Below, in pieces: positions 1 to 10,646 of a DNA stretch of 64,000 bases (within the stretch, counting starts at the first letter, position 1; the number at the start of each line of letters is the position of its first letter). This DNA is from Alphaproteobacteria bacterium (lineage in GTDB: Bacteria; Pseudomonadota; Alphaproteobacteria; MPNO01; UBA830). The stretch covers positions 1,824,001-1,888,000 of the forward strand of contig OZ219790.1 in the NCBI GenBank assembly GCA_964291215.2, in the 5' to 3' direction. Below the pieces are notes generated by a model that worked only from the letters and a program-made list of their open reading frames with translations, was not told the origin of the DNA and searched no databases. Both the position numbers and the translations under genes were made by a program.

Positions 1-273
1 TTCGGCAGCGACGGCTCGCTGGTTGAGGAGATCGTGGCGCTTGCGTCCTCGCTGTCAACGCTCGGCTATTCCCGCGATTTCGAGCGTGAGGCCGACATGT
101 TTGCGGCCGATCTTCTCACTGCCGGCGGCCGGTCAGCCGGGGATCTCGCCGACGCTCTGGAGAAGCTTGGCGCGGCGTGTGGACCGGCGTGCGACAAGTC
201 CGGTTGGTTCTCGACCCATCCGGCAACCGGAGGCCGCGTCGAGGCCCTGAGGGCCTACGGCCGCGACCGATAG
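1..273 (+). CDS. M48 family metallopeptidase, C-terminal part (runs off window start)
   Basis: YSRDFEREAD and WFSTHP motifs typical of M48 C-termini. Confidence 0.75.
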   Translation, partial: FGSDGSLVEEIVALASSLSTLGYSRDFEREADMFAADLLTAGGRSAGDLADALEKLGAACGPACDKSGWFSTHPATGGRVEALRAYGRDR

Positions 274-496
274 AACTCGTCACCTCGTCCCGGGCAGTTC
301 TTTTTTCGGTCCGCGGTTGCCAGCCGCGCCGGTCGAAATCTCCCGCACAGAAGTCTGCACGGTCGGAAATCTCCATGATTCCGGCCAGCGCCGGGCGGAG
401 ATACTGCTCGATACTATCGAAACGCGTAGCGTCAGGCCGATCCTGTTGGCAGAATTGTCGATTCCATCATCCTGCTGCTCTCCCGGGCATCTTTAA

Positions 497-1508
497 GGTC
501 CGTAACGAAATAATCGCGTCTGTATTGGGTGTTGGCAAGAGTCCCCCGTTCCGCTCGCTCTGGAATTTTTCGCGCCTGATGTCGAGGGCCTTTATCTCGG
601 CATCCTTGATGCCCTTCGGACAGGTGTTTTCGTCGACATCGCAATAGACCTTGAGGCCGGCTTCGGTGGTGGTTGCTCTGATCAGGCTGGCGATGGCGGC
701 GAGGCTGCGCAGCGGCTTGCCGCGCCAGTTCTGGCTGATGAACGAGAACAGGCGATGTTCGATTCCATTTGCTGGTGCCGGGCGGCAGGTGGCAGATCAT
801 GATCTCGAGCTCCCTGGCGAGCTTCTGCAGTTCGACCTTCCACAGCCGGGCCCCGTTCAACCCGCCGCAGTCGGCGGTGATCAGCAGCCGCCCCGGGGCA
901 GCGCTCGCGCCCGAGGCGCCGCCACCGGGTGCTTTCCACCGCAAACGCCGCGGTGTCATGGCTGATGCCGACCCGGCCGATGTTGTGGGCCATGTCCCCG
1001 TAGGGGGCCGCCTTGCCGAACTCCTTGTCCGCGAAGTCATGTACCTTCACCTCCTTGGGCCGGCCCTTCGGCCGCCACTCGCGGCCGGCGTTCTTGAAAT
1101 CGCCGATCAGCTCCTTCTTCCTGGTGTCGATGACCGGCTCTCCGGCCGCAAGAAACTCCGCAACCTGCCCGTTTATGTGGCCGAACTGCCCGTCCCGGGT
1201 GCACGCCGCCTTCGCGGGTCTTCGCGTTGGCGTATAGCCAAGCTCGCCCAGAAGCCGCCCGACAAGCGACGCCGAACAACCCTGCTCCTCAAGACACTTC
1301 GCAAGATGCCGGGTGCTCTTCGAAACCCACAGCAGAGACCGTTCCGGGTCGCCCCGCATTGCCGGTGCAACCAGCGCCTCAAGCAAACCCGGCTGACGCT
1401 CCGTCGCCGGCTTGCGCCCGCCGCCCGCGCGGCCGGACCCGGTCCGGCGCCGGCGATGTTGCTTCGTCAATCTCCTTCAGACCCCGTCCAATCGTCGACC
1501 GCGCAACA
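497..1508 (-). mobile_element. ISAzo13-family element remnant, deletion-riddled, other end lost
   Basis: Fragments IDTRKKELIGDFKNAGREW, LLITADCGG, CHLPPGTSKWN in shifting frames; terminus GGTCCGTAACGAAATAAT after TAA; similar to 50048-50758. Confidence 0.85.
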
Positions 1509-1509
1509 G

Positions 1510-3734
1510 TGATTGAGTTAGTCACTATCAGCGTCGTATCTGTCAGACCGACGCGGACCTCTTACATTTTCAGTTGCTTGTTGAACCCTTCCGGGCCATC
1601 TTTCTGCTTCACGACTTCTACTTCAGCCATCATATCGCCAGTCTTTTCCACCACTATAATTGTGTCGGCGTCGTTCTCGAAAACTCCGGAGCCGCGAGTA
1701 GCACCGCGCCCACCGGAGCTTTCCTTTTTCGTATGAGCCACGATCATTATAGCTGATTTCAGTTCGTCGCGCAAGTAGCCCGCCATTTCCGTCAACAGAC
1801 TGGCCGTCTCGCTCGCATTTTCGTTATGTCCTGATATAGCTCTCCCTAGAGTATCCACAACAACAAGGGTATAGCGTTCGTCAAGATCAAGTAGACTGTC
1901 AACGAGCTCATTTACTTTCTCCTCCGGTGTACTGATCCGCGGTACAGAATCAACGTATCTACTCACCCCTTGTTGGGTTCTGATTGGCCGTAGTGCTCGT
2001 TGATGATGTCTGCGGCTTTTCCGTCGAGGGCGATCTGGGTGGCGACGAGTGGGTTGTAGCCGAGTGCCGCCATGGAGGTGAGGTAGCTTGAGCCCCGGCA
2101 CCATGCTTTTGCGTGGAGCGGAAGCATCCGGACACCTTGACCTTTGCCATCCTGATTTTCTGTTCTCCGGCATTGTTGGTGAAGCTGACGTTGGGGTCGT
2201 CTGTGAAGCGCAGGTTTTCGTGTTTCACGAGACGTTCGTGCAGGTTGTGCGCGTCGGACTTGCGTCCACGTTTTCCTTTCGGCGGCGGCGGGATGTCGGG
2301 CAGTTCCCTGGCGCCCTGATGGTGCGGTAGCGCTTGCGCACGGCCCGGAGGTCGGCCTCGTTCAGGGTCTTGGATGCGCTCTTGTTGACCTTGTGGCAGA
2401 CCTCGCGGAGCAGGCTCTTCATAAGTCGCGCGGTAGCCTCGACGACAAAGGTCAGTTCGCGCAGCAGGTGGCTGCCGCACAGCTGGTGGCTACACTGGTC
2501 ATAGCCCATGTACGAGGCCCAGCAGTCGTGGACCAGGACGCCCTTGTAACACGGGCCGATCTCTTGCCCGCGCTTGCGGTGCGGGAACTTGCACGTCAGG
2601 GTCCCACGACATGGAGCCACTTGCTATTGATCCGAAATCATCGACATCGGGCGTTGCAGGAGGTGCGCCACGGCGGCCTCCTCCCATGACGCATCGTGAA
2701 AGCATAGCCGAGGCCTCGGAGAGCTTGATGCCGGAGATCGCCTGCACGAACGCGACGGCACGGCGCAGGGATAGCATCTGGGCGACCAGCAGGTTGATGA
2801 CGAGGGCCTGGATGCCGATGCCGTACTGCACAGGATGTTTTCGGGGAACCGGCCCTTGGTTCGGGCCTTGCACTTCGGGCATTCCTTGATCTCGGCGCGG
2901 CGCTCGACGACCTCGAACACGATGTCGTGCGGCGCTCCCGATCGACGGGGCCGTCGATGTCGGCGCCGCAGGCGTCGCAGGCCGCGACCGTTTCCTCGAC
3001 GATGGTCTTGCGCAGGTTGTCGCCCATCTGCCGGTTCGGTTTCGGGCCCTTGCCGTTGCTCCCGGCACGCTCTTGTCCGTCTGTGACGGCGGCAGACCGG
3101 AGTTCCGGCTCGTGCGTGGTCTTCTCCAGAAGGACGACGATGAGGATGTCGAGCAGGATGACGAAGACGCGGATCACGGCCTCTTTCGGCACCTTGCCGG
3201 CAGCGCCGCGATCTTGGCCGCTTCGAACTCCTCGCGCGCCGCCCGTCGCCATCACCCGGCCTTGCGCTTCATCAGCGCGCCGCTTCCGAGATGCGTTTTC
3301 ACATACAGATCATGCGGGGGCCGGAGCCCCGGAAGCAGCTGGCACAGCCCGCTCGTCGCCTTCGATCCAAAGTAGCCCACTGGCGGTCCCCGTCGTTCTC
3401 GATTACCACCACTAAACGAATCGGCCTGCAGTGTCAAATCTCCACGAAAACCCGTTCGTTGCTCTACCCCGACATCAAGCCGGAACCAGGGGGTGAGCAG
3501 TTACGAATCAACAAACAAAATATTTTTCGACTCTACCTTAGCCCCGTGGTGTCGCTCCCAGGCAAGCAAGCGTTTCCCCATACCTGATCTACCTTCACCG
3601 AGCATGTACACCACAGGTCCGGTCTCGGACGTAGCCCACACATGGCCGGACTTGCGGATTACGCAACCTGATGCCACGGGCAGAGCCATATCCAAAGCTA
3701 TGAAACTCTTGTACGAACTGTACGAGCCAGTCAA
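1510..3734 (-). pseudogene. AAA_25/RepA-like helicase (phage/plasmid type) split by IS66 copy A; halves 3505-3734 and 1562-1954
   Basis: Removing the IS and one GAATCAAC restores one frame: Walker A-like GSYSSYKS, VVYMLGEG, VVVDTLGR, IVAHTKK, RGSG; lower GC. Confidence 0.8.
1955..3504 (-). mobile_element. IS66 family-1 (ISBst12-like, single TnpC) copy A, degenerate, 1550 bp
   Basis: Termini GTAACTGCTCACCCC / GTATCTACTCACCCC; perfect 8-bp TSD GAATCAAC (1947-1954, 3505-3512); HQLCGSHLLREL, FTNNAGEQKIR fragments. Confidence 0.95.
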
Positions 3735-3904
3735 CTTCCGCTCCACGCAAAAGCATGGTGCCGGGGCTCAAGCTACCTCACCTCCATGGCCGCACTCGGC
3801 TACAATCATCACGTCGCAACCCAGATCGCCCTCGACGGAAAAGCCGCAGACATCATCAACGAGCACTACGACCAATCAGAACCCAACTAGGGGTGAGTAG
3901 ATAC
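3735..3904 (+). mobile_element. IS66 family-1 right-end fragment (A2)
   Basis: Near identical to the last ~170 bp of copy E, ending GGGGTGAGTAGATAC. Confidence 0.9.
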
Positions 3905-4011
3905 TACAACAGAACAAAAATGGAATCCAGATTCCGCCGATAAATCCCGCAACCCCTCTTGAACCGAGCCGGATTGGTCACTATATTCTTTTTATTGGGA
4001 AGGGGCGATAG

Positions 4012-4991
4012 ATGACGCAGAAGGCACCCCGAAAGAGCCACCGCAAGGGGATCACGCTGACCCAGCTCTTCAAGAGGTTCCCGGACGACGAGACCGCAAC
4101 GGCATGGGTCGCGGGCATCCGCTGGCCGGGCGGGGCGACCTGCCCACATTGCGGCAGCGACCGGATCACCCATCCGGTGAAGCACAAGACGATGACCCAT
4201 CGCTGCAAGGCCTGCCGCAAGTGGTTCTCGGTCCGCACCGGAACCTGCATGGAGTCCTCGAAGCTCGGGCTGCAGGTCTGGGTGATCGCGGTCTACCTGC
4301 TGAACACCGGGCTCAAGGGACAGGCGTCCATGAAACTGCATCGCGACCTAGGCGTGACGCAGAAGACGGCATGGCACTTGGCGCACCGTATCCGCGAGGC
4401 ATGGGAAGACAACGGCGGGAACCTGTTTGCCGGGCCGGTGGAAGCGGATGAGACCTAGACATTGGCGGGAAGCGTAAAAACAAGTCCAACGCCGAGCGCA
4501 AGGTCGCGACGGGGCGCGGCACGGTGGACATGGAAGCCGTGGTCGGCACGAAGGACCGGGAGACCAACGAGGTCCGCGCCCGCCATGTCGCCGAGACCGG
4601 TATTCCTCATGTCGCCGGGTTCGTGGCGGAACAGACCAAGCCGGGCGCGAAGGTCTACACCGATGACGCCAAGGTGTACGGTGCGCTCGATCCGTGGTTC
4701 GACAGGGAGAGTGTCAATCACTCCGTCTCCGAATTCGTCCGGGGCATGGCTCACACGAACGGGATGGAATCCTTCTGGGCGATGGTGAAGCGCGGCTATC
4801 AGGGCACCTACCACAAGATGAACCCCAAGCACCTGCAACGCTATGTCGGGGAGTTCTCCGGTCGACACAACATCCGGCCTGCCGACACGCTGGAGCAGAT
4901 GGCCGCGACCGTCGCCGGGCTAGTCGGGAAGCGGCTGCGGTATCGCGACCTGATCGCCGACAACGGGCTGGAGTCGGGAGCGCGGTCATGA
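4012..4991 (+). pseudogene. IS1595-family transposase, single frameshift near 4455
   Basis: CPHCG..CKAC zinc finger, VEADET(Y)IGG, YTDD, HTNGMESFW, YVGEF motifs. Confidence 0.9.
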
Positions 4992-5010
4992 AACGGGATG
5001 GAGATGACGA

Positions 5011-5463
5011 ATGACCGTTGAAGATGTTCTTGCCCGAGTAAAGCCGTTGGCCGTCGAGTACTATCGCCTGACGGGGAAACCGCTCGGTGTCACCTCAGAA
5101 ATAGGTGAATTTGAAGTTGCTCGCCTATTGGAACTGGAACTCGAACCAGCGAGAAATCCCGGTTATGACGCAAAGGACCCTGCGGGCCGACGATACCAAA
5201 TCATAGCTCGCTCGCTGGATGACCCGTTGCGCAAGGGGTCGGAAAAAACCGGCGCGCTGAACGATAAAGAGTGGGACGCAGCTCTTTTGGCTCTCATGGA
5301 CCGGCAGTTTACGGTGTTAGAGATTTGGGAAGCGGATAGGGCTGCTGTAGACGGTGAGTTGAACCGACCAGGTAGCAAGGCGCGGATGTGACGGCAACTG
5401 TCCCTGTCGAAGTTCAAGCAAATCGGTCATTTGCGCTATTCTTCCGCAGATAGTGCATCATGA
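5011..5463 (+). pseudogene. PD-(D/E)xK nuclease-like cargo (DUF6998-like) with one in-frame TGA at 5389-5391
   Basis: GKPLGVTSEIGE...PGYDA...YQI; frame continues RQLSLSKFKQIG to TGA 5461-5463, which overlaps the next ATG. Confidence 0.55.
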
Positions 5464-5615
5464 CCGACAATCCCAAGCGCGGCCCCGGCCGTCCGGTGGA
5501 GAAGCCTTTGCCGAAACCTATCGACGATTCCCCGGAAAATGTGATGCGGGCGATCCTCTCGACACCACCGAAGAAGGACAAGGACTGGCGGTATCTGCGG
5601 GAGGCGGACGACTAG
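5460..5615 (+). CDS. 51-aa Pro/Lys-rich small protein at the IS1595 right end (not in ORF track)
   Basis: MTDNPKRGPGRPVEKPLPKPIDDSPENVMRAILSTPPKKDKDWRYLREADD; ATGA overlap with the upstream gene. Confidence 0.6.
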   Translation: MTDNPKRGPGRPVEKPLPKPIDDSPENVMRAILSTPPKKDKDWRYLREADD

Positions 5616-5657
5616 TCGCCCGCTTGGTCACTTAGATATATAATCCCCAAAATTTGC

Positions 5658-5720
5658 GCAACATCCGGCCCTCATCTCCGTTCGGGCTACGCACTCACTG
5701 CGATGAGGGCCGGGTGTTGC
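5658..5720. repeat. 19-bp inverted repeat hairpin (18/19 match, 25-nt loop)
   Basis: GCAACATCCGGCCCTCATC ... GATGAGGGCCGGGTGTTGC. Confidence 0.8.
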
Positions 5721-5744
5721 ACTTCAGACTGGAAGTGAGGTCTT

Positions 5745-5828
5745 GTCAATCAAATGATTGACATACAGGTCTTGAATGTCAATTAATTAATTGACGTTGC
5801 GTTTTATGCCGCATATGAATATATTGAC
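5745..5828. promoter_or_regulatory. Putative operator array GTCAAT-N6-ATTGAC upstream of the mobile mystery genes
   Basis: Full palindromes at 5745-5762 and 5778-5795; third ATTGAC at 5823; 33-bp period. Confidence 0.65.
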
Positions 5829-5861
5829 AAATAGAATGTGATGTTAAGAAATTGATATACG

Positions 5862-6326
5862 ATGAGTGTTCGAAAGACCATAGAACGACAACACCGGTTG
5901 ATCGTGGATCGTGCAGCCTCTCAGCTTTCTGATGTCCAAACGCCATCGGAAGGCTGGGTCTTCACTGTACGCAAAGCGCTGGGCATGTCCGGAGCACAGC
6001 TTGCGCGCCGTCTCGGTGTGACACGTGCTGCCGTTTCGCAAACTGAAAAGAACGAGGTAAGCGGCAGTGTAACGCTCAAGCACATGCAAAATGTCGCCGA
6101 AGCGCTTGGCTGCCGGTTTGTCTGCGCCATCGTGCCCGAAGGTCGCATTGAAGATGTGATCCGAAATCAGGCCGAGCGCAAGGCAACCAAACTTGTCCGC
6201 CGTGCAAGTGGATACATGGCGTTGGAAAGCCAGTCCCTTCCACCTGAAAAACTCAAAGAGGAGATCGTACGCCTGCGTGATGATCTGATGCGCGAAATGC
6301 CTTCCGATTTCTGGGAGGGCAAATGA
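5862..6326 (+). CDS. Mobile mystery protein A (XRE HTH)
   Basis: PSEGWVFTVRKALGMSGAQLARRLG...MALESQ; paired with a Fic gene. Confidence 0.9.
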   Translation: MSVRKTIERQHRLIVDRAASQLSDVQTPSEGWVFTVRKALGMSGAQLARRLGVTRAAVSQTEKNEVSGSVTLKHMQNVAEALGCRFVCAIVPEGRIEDVIRNQAERKATKLVRRASGYMALESQSLPPEKLKEEIVRLRDDLMREMPSDFWEGK

Positions 6327-6943
6327 TCAATGACGACGCACCGGAAGATGCAACACCCCTTGATCCCGACGAGCGTGAAGGTCTCAAGCACCAACACATC
6401 ATCACACGTGGTGAACTAGATGAGTTGGAGCAGGCCAATATTCAGACCGGCCTGCAATGGGTATCGAGGACTCGCCAGCGCGACATCTTGAATGATGAGT
6501 TCTTGCGCACGCTCCACAAACGTTTGTTTGGAGAGGTATGGGATTGGGCCGGGACCTATCGCCAGACAGAAAAGAATATCGGCATCGATCCGCTTCATAT
6601 CGGCGCAGAACTCCGCACGCTGGTCGATAATGCGCGCTACTGGGCCGAACATGGTACCTATCCGCCGCTCGAATCTGCCGCGCGCTTTCACCACCGCATG
6701 GTGCAGATACATCCATTCCCCAATGGCAATGGCCGCCATGCGCGCATCGCGGCAGACCTCTATCTGGAGCGACATTTCGGGCATGACGAAATCGAGTGGA
6801 CGCATGGTTTTGATCTAAAGGCGGACAATGAGCGCCGCAGCGCCTATATCGCCGCACTGCGCGCGGCTGACGGCGGAGACTATGCGCCTCTCTTGGCATT
6901 CGTGGACGCGGGGCAGGCGGATCAGCCGAGCGATCCGGCCTGA
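6323..6943 (+). CDS. Mobile mystery protein B (Fic domain)
   Basis: ATPLDPDE N-terminus, HPFPNGNGRHAR Fic motif; ATGA overlap. Confidence 0.9.
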   Translation: MINDDAPEDATPLDPDEREGLKHQHIITRGELDELEQANIQTGLQWVSRTRQRDILNDEFLRTLHKRLFGEVWDWAGTYRQTEKNIGIDPLHIGAELRTLVDNARYWAEHGTYPPLESAARFHHRMVQIHPFPNGNGRHARIAADLYLERHFGHDEIEWTHGFDLKADNERRSAYIAALRAADGGDYAPLLAFVDAGQADQPSDPA

Positions 6944-7263
6944 TCGTTCCGATTGGTTTTTGTCCAATTTCCGGGCATCCGGGCGTGCTCTATGGCTGCG
7001 TCACCAAGCCGCGATTTTCGCGTCTTGGCCCATATGGGTGATTGAACTGAGCCGCGTTCCGCGGCGGTGGTTTTTCTGCGTCGGGTGATGTTCCTGGCTG
7101 AGTTCTTCGCGGTTGACAGGTCCTGGTTTGCGCCTTCAGCCGTTGCCATCTTTCTGTCGTGTCCTGACAATCGGTTGCGGATGCACCGGCGAGCACTGTT
7201 TCGCACGGTGTCGTCGCTGACCGATCGCACCGCAATGGAGACGACAGATGACGCCTTAGCGCC

Positions 7264-8710
7264 GTATCTACTCACCCCTAGTTGGGTTCTGATTGGTCGT
7301 AGTGCTCGTTGATGATGTCTGCGGCTTTTCCGTCGAGGGCGATCTGGGTGGCGACGAGTGGGTTGTAGCCGAGTGCGGCCATGGAGGTGAGGTAGCTTGA
7401 GCCCCATGCTTTTGCGTGGAGCGGAAGCATCCGGACACCTTGACCTTTGCCATCCTGATCTTCTGTTCTCCGGCATTGTTGGTGAAGCTGACATCGGGGT
7501 CGTCTGTGAAGCGCAGGTTTTCGTGTTTCACGAGACGTTCGTGCAGGTTGTGCGCGTTTGCGATGCGTTTTCCTTTCGGCGGCGGCGGGATGTCGGGCAG
7601 TTCCCTGGCGCCCTGATGGTGCGGTAGCGCCCGGCGTCGTTCAGGGTTTTGGATGCGCTCTTGTTGATCTTGTGGCAGACCTCGCGGAGTAGGCTCTTCA
7701 TCAGTCGCGCGGTAGCCTCGACGACAAAGGTCAGTTCGCGCAGCTGGTGGCTGCCGCTGGTGGCTACACTGCCATGTACGAGGCCCAGGACGCCCTTGTA
7801 GCACGGGCCGATCTCTTGCTTGCGGTGCGGGAACTTGCACGTCCCGACGACATGGAGCCACTTGCTGTTGATCCGAAATCGTCGACATCGGGCGTTGCAG
7901 GAGGTGCGCCACGGCGACCTCCTCCCATGACGCATCGTGAAAGCATGGCCGAGGCCTCGGAGAGCTTGATGCCGGAGATCGCCTGCACGAGCGCGACGGC
8001 GCAGGGACAGCATCCGGGCGACCAGCAGGTTGATGACGAGGGCCTGAATGCCGTACTGCACGGGATGTTGTCGGGGAACCGGCCCCGGGCCTTGCACTTC
8101 GGGCATTCCTCGGCGCGGCGCGACCTCGAACACGATGTCGTGCGGCGCTCCCGATCGACGGGGCCGTCAGCACCGCAGGCATCGCAGGCCGCGACCGTCT
8201 CCTCGACGATGATCTTGCGCAGGGTGTCGCCCATCTGCCGGTTCGGCTTCGGGCCCTTGCCGTTGCTCCCGGCACGCTCTTGTCCGTCTGTGACGGCGGC
8301 AGACCGGAGTTCCGGCTCGTGCGTGGTCTTCTCCAGAAGGACGACGATGATGATGTCGAGCAGGATGACGAGGACGCGGATGACGGCCTCTTCCGCCACC
8401 TTGCCGGCAGCGCCGCGGTCTTGGCCGCTTCGAACTCCTCGCGCGCCGCCCGTCGCCATCACCCGGCCTTGCGCTTCATCAGCGCGCCGCTTCCGAGATG
8501 CGTTTCCACATACAGATCATGCGGGGGCTGGAGCCTCGGAAGCAGCTGGCACAGCCCGCTCGTCGCCTTCGATCCAAAGTAGCCCACTGGCGGTCCCCGT
8601 CGTTCTCGATTACCACCACTAAACGAATCGGCCTGCAGTGTCAAATCTCCACGAAAACCCGTTCGTTACTCTACCCCGACATCAAGCCGGAACCAGGGGT
8701 GAGCAGTTAC
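7264..8710 (-). mobile_element. IS66 family-1 copy B, degenerate, 1447 bp, no TSD
   Basis: Both termini present; collinear with copy A with extra deletions. Confidence 0.95.
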
Positions 8711-9500
8711 GCTGTTTGAAAGGTGCGGGACGCTATGCCGACCTTGTTCGATCTGCTGGAAAGTGAGTCCGAGCCGTCGGTGCGGGCCGTGCTCGGGCAC
8801 TGGCTGTTCGGCTATATCCATTCTTATCCGGACGGCAACGGACGCATGGCGCACTTTGTCATGAACGTGATGCTCACCTCCAGCGGCTATCCATGGATCG
8901 TCATCCGGGTCGAGGATCGTGATGTCTACTTGGCAGCGTTAGAAGCCGCCAGCATCGATCAGGACATAAACCGGTTCGCGCGGTTTGTGGCCGAAAGGGT
9001 TAATGGTCGCTGGAGCAGGCGGCGTGAAATCATGACAGATGACCAGCTCGATGACCTGAAATATCTGGTGCAGAAAAAGCCCGTCGTGCTGTCTCAGTTC
9101 GAAGGCGAGAAATGGTCGCGCCTCCGCGAGTCCCGACGCGGCGCTAATGAACTCACGATTGCGCGATCTCACGATCTGTTCGAAACGGTGCGGGTGCCGA
9201 CCGCTTGCCTTGTCATTGGCAAGGATGGTGGCGGGAGCGAGATTTATTCCGGGCTGGCCAGCTCGCGCAGCATCGTCACGACACTGGAATCGCGGTTCAA
9301 GGTCAAGCAGGCTCTGGATATCCAGCCTTGATCAAAGGCCGCTATCCTGAAGTTTGTCACCGACCAGGCCCATTCACGCAATCTTCGTGACAGGCTTTCA
9401 TCCCGTAAATCTGTCATCGCCCTGTCGCCGAAGCTCAGCGTTCCTGCCGGGGATCTGCCGCAACCATCGGGCAGCTGATCAGGCGGCCAGAACAGCACCT
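8711..9500 (+). pseudogene. Truncated Fic-family C-terminus run into a broken hypothetical gene
   Basis: GHWLFGYIHSYPDGNGRMA degenerate Fic motif; N-terminus cut by IS66 copy B. Confidence 0.65.
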
Positions 9501-9633
9501 CTCTGCCTCCGCGAGCCACTCTCACCGCGTAAAGCTGGAGCGGCGGACTTGCAACTGTCTGGAGGCTTCTGAAATTGTTCTTGTCTTTCGGCATGTTGCA
9601 TGCCAGATTCCAAAAACTCGAGATTCAGTTCGA

Positions 9634-9730
9634 GTAAGCGCTCGTTCGTGCAGTGAGGTGTTGTTGTTTCCGTCCGTTTGACGGGCCTTTGTCAGGGGTT
9701 CCAGCGTCACCCGGAGCGGTTTCGTGCACG
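9634..9730 (-). mobile_element. Isolated right-end fragment of IS66 family-2
   Basis: Reverse complement of 52865-52919 joined to 54410-54450; begins GTAAGCGCTCGTTCGTGC. Confidence 0.85.
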
Positions 9731-9787
9731 ACTTCCTTACGCCCATGCAATGTTTGCGGATTCCGGGATTTGCATTACCTTCGGGTC

Positions 9788-10465
9788 ATGACAACCACCG
9801 CCATCGAATCCGCCCTTGCCCGAGTTCGCGACCGGATCGCCGACGCAGCGCGCACCGCAGGACGCAATCCGCGGGACGTGTCCCTGATTGCGGTTTCCAA
9901 GGCTCATCCGCAGACCAGCGCATGTTCCGCCCTGACGGCGGGCCACCGGACCTTCGGAGAGAACCGCGTGCAGGAGGCCGCTGCCAAATGGCCGGAACTC
10001 AGGCAGCGGTTCGCGGGCATCGATCTGCACCTGATAGGGCCGCTCCAGACCAACAAGGCTGCCGACGCCGTTGCGCTGTTCGACGTCATCCAGACCCTCG
10101 ACCGCGAAAGGCTGGCCCGCGCGCTGGCTCGGGAATTCGAGAGGCAGGACCGGGCGCCGGCGCTCTTCGTCCAAGTCAATACGGGAAAAGAAGGGCAGAA
10201 GGCCGGGGTCATTCCCGGCAGCGCGGACGCGTTCATCGCGCGATGCCGGGGCGAATACGGGCTGCCGATCGCCGGACTGATGTGCATTCCGCCGGTCCGG
10301 GACAATCCCGAACCCCATTTCGCCATGCTTGCCACCATCGCGGCCCGGAACTGCGTCAGCCGCCTGAGCATGGGCATGTCCGCCGACTTCGAGACCGCGG
10401 TCAGCCTTGGCGCTACCGAGGTGCGCGTGGGCACGGCGATATTCGGAGCACGGCCCGCGCCCTGA
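9788..10465 (+). CDS. yggS: PLP homeostasis protein (YggS family)
   Basis: LIAVSK, FGENRVQE, HLIGPLQTNK, LSMGMSADF, VRVGTAIFG. Confidence 0.95.
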   Translation: MTTTAIESALARVRDRIADAARTAGRNPRDVSLIAVSKAHPQTSACSALTAGHRTFGENRVQEAAAKWPELRQRFAGIDLHLIGPLQTNKAADAVALFDVIQTLDRERLARALAREFERQDRAPALFVQVNTGKEGQKAGVIPGSADAFIARCRGEYGLPIAGLMCIPPVRDNPEPHFAMLATIAARNCVSRLSMGMSADFETAVSLGATEVRVGTAIFGARPAP

Positions 10466-10646
10466 TCCGCTGCCCTCGGCACTGCCCCTTCCTCTGTATC
10501 CGAAAAACCCGACAGGAAAGACTGACCTCCGCCAACCAGCCAACGCCGGCGGACCGTCGCATTTCCCGCCGTCGGCGGACCCGATGCGGCACAGCAGCCA
10601 AAAAGGAGATAGAAAAGAAACCGGCGTGGCCGCCGCCGGAATCCGC

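Larger units (their letters stand above)
4012..5648 (+). mobile_element. IS1595 element with passenger genes; right end ACTTAGATATATAATCCCC; left end not found
   Basis: Transposase, cargo gene, 51-aa ORF and an IS1595-like terminus. Confidence 0.7.

Noticed and set aside
5389-5391. In-frame TGA in the IS1595 cargo as a second Sec codon
   Set aside because: No redox motif or SECIS-like hairpin; more likely a nonsense mutation
9634-9740. Possible complete MITE (GTAAG...CTTAC)
   Set aside because: Second end matches poorly and there is no TSD; treated as a single-end fragment
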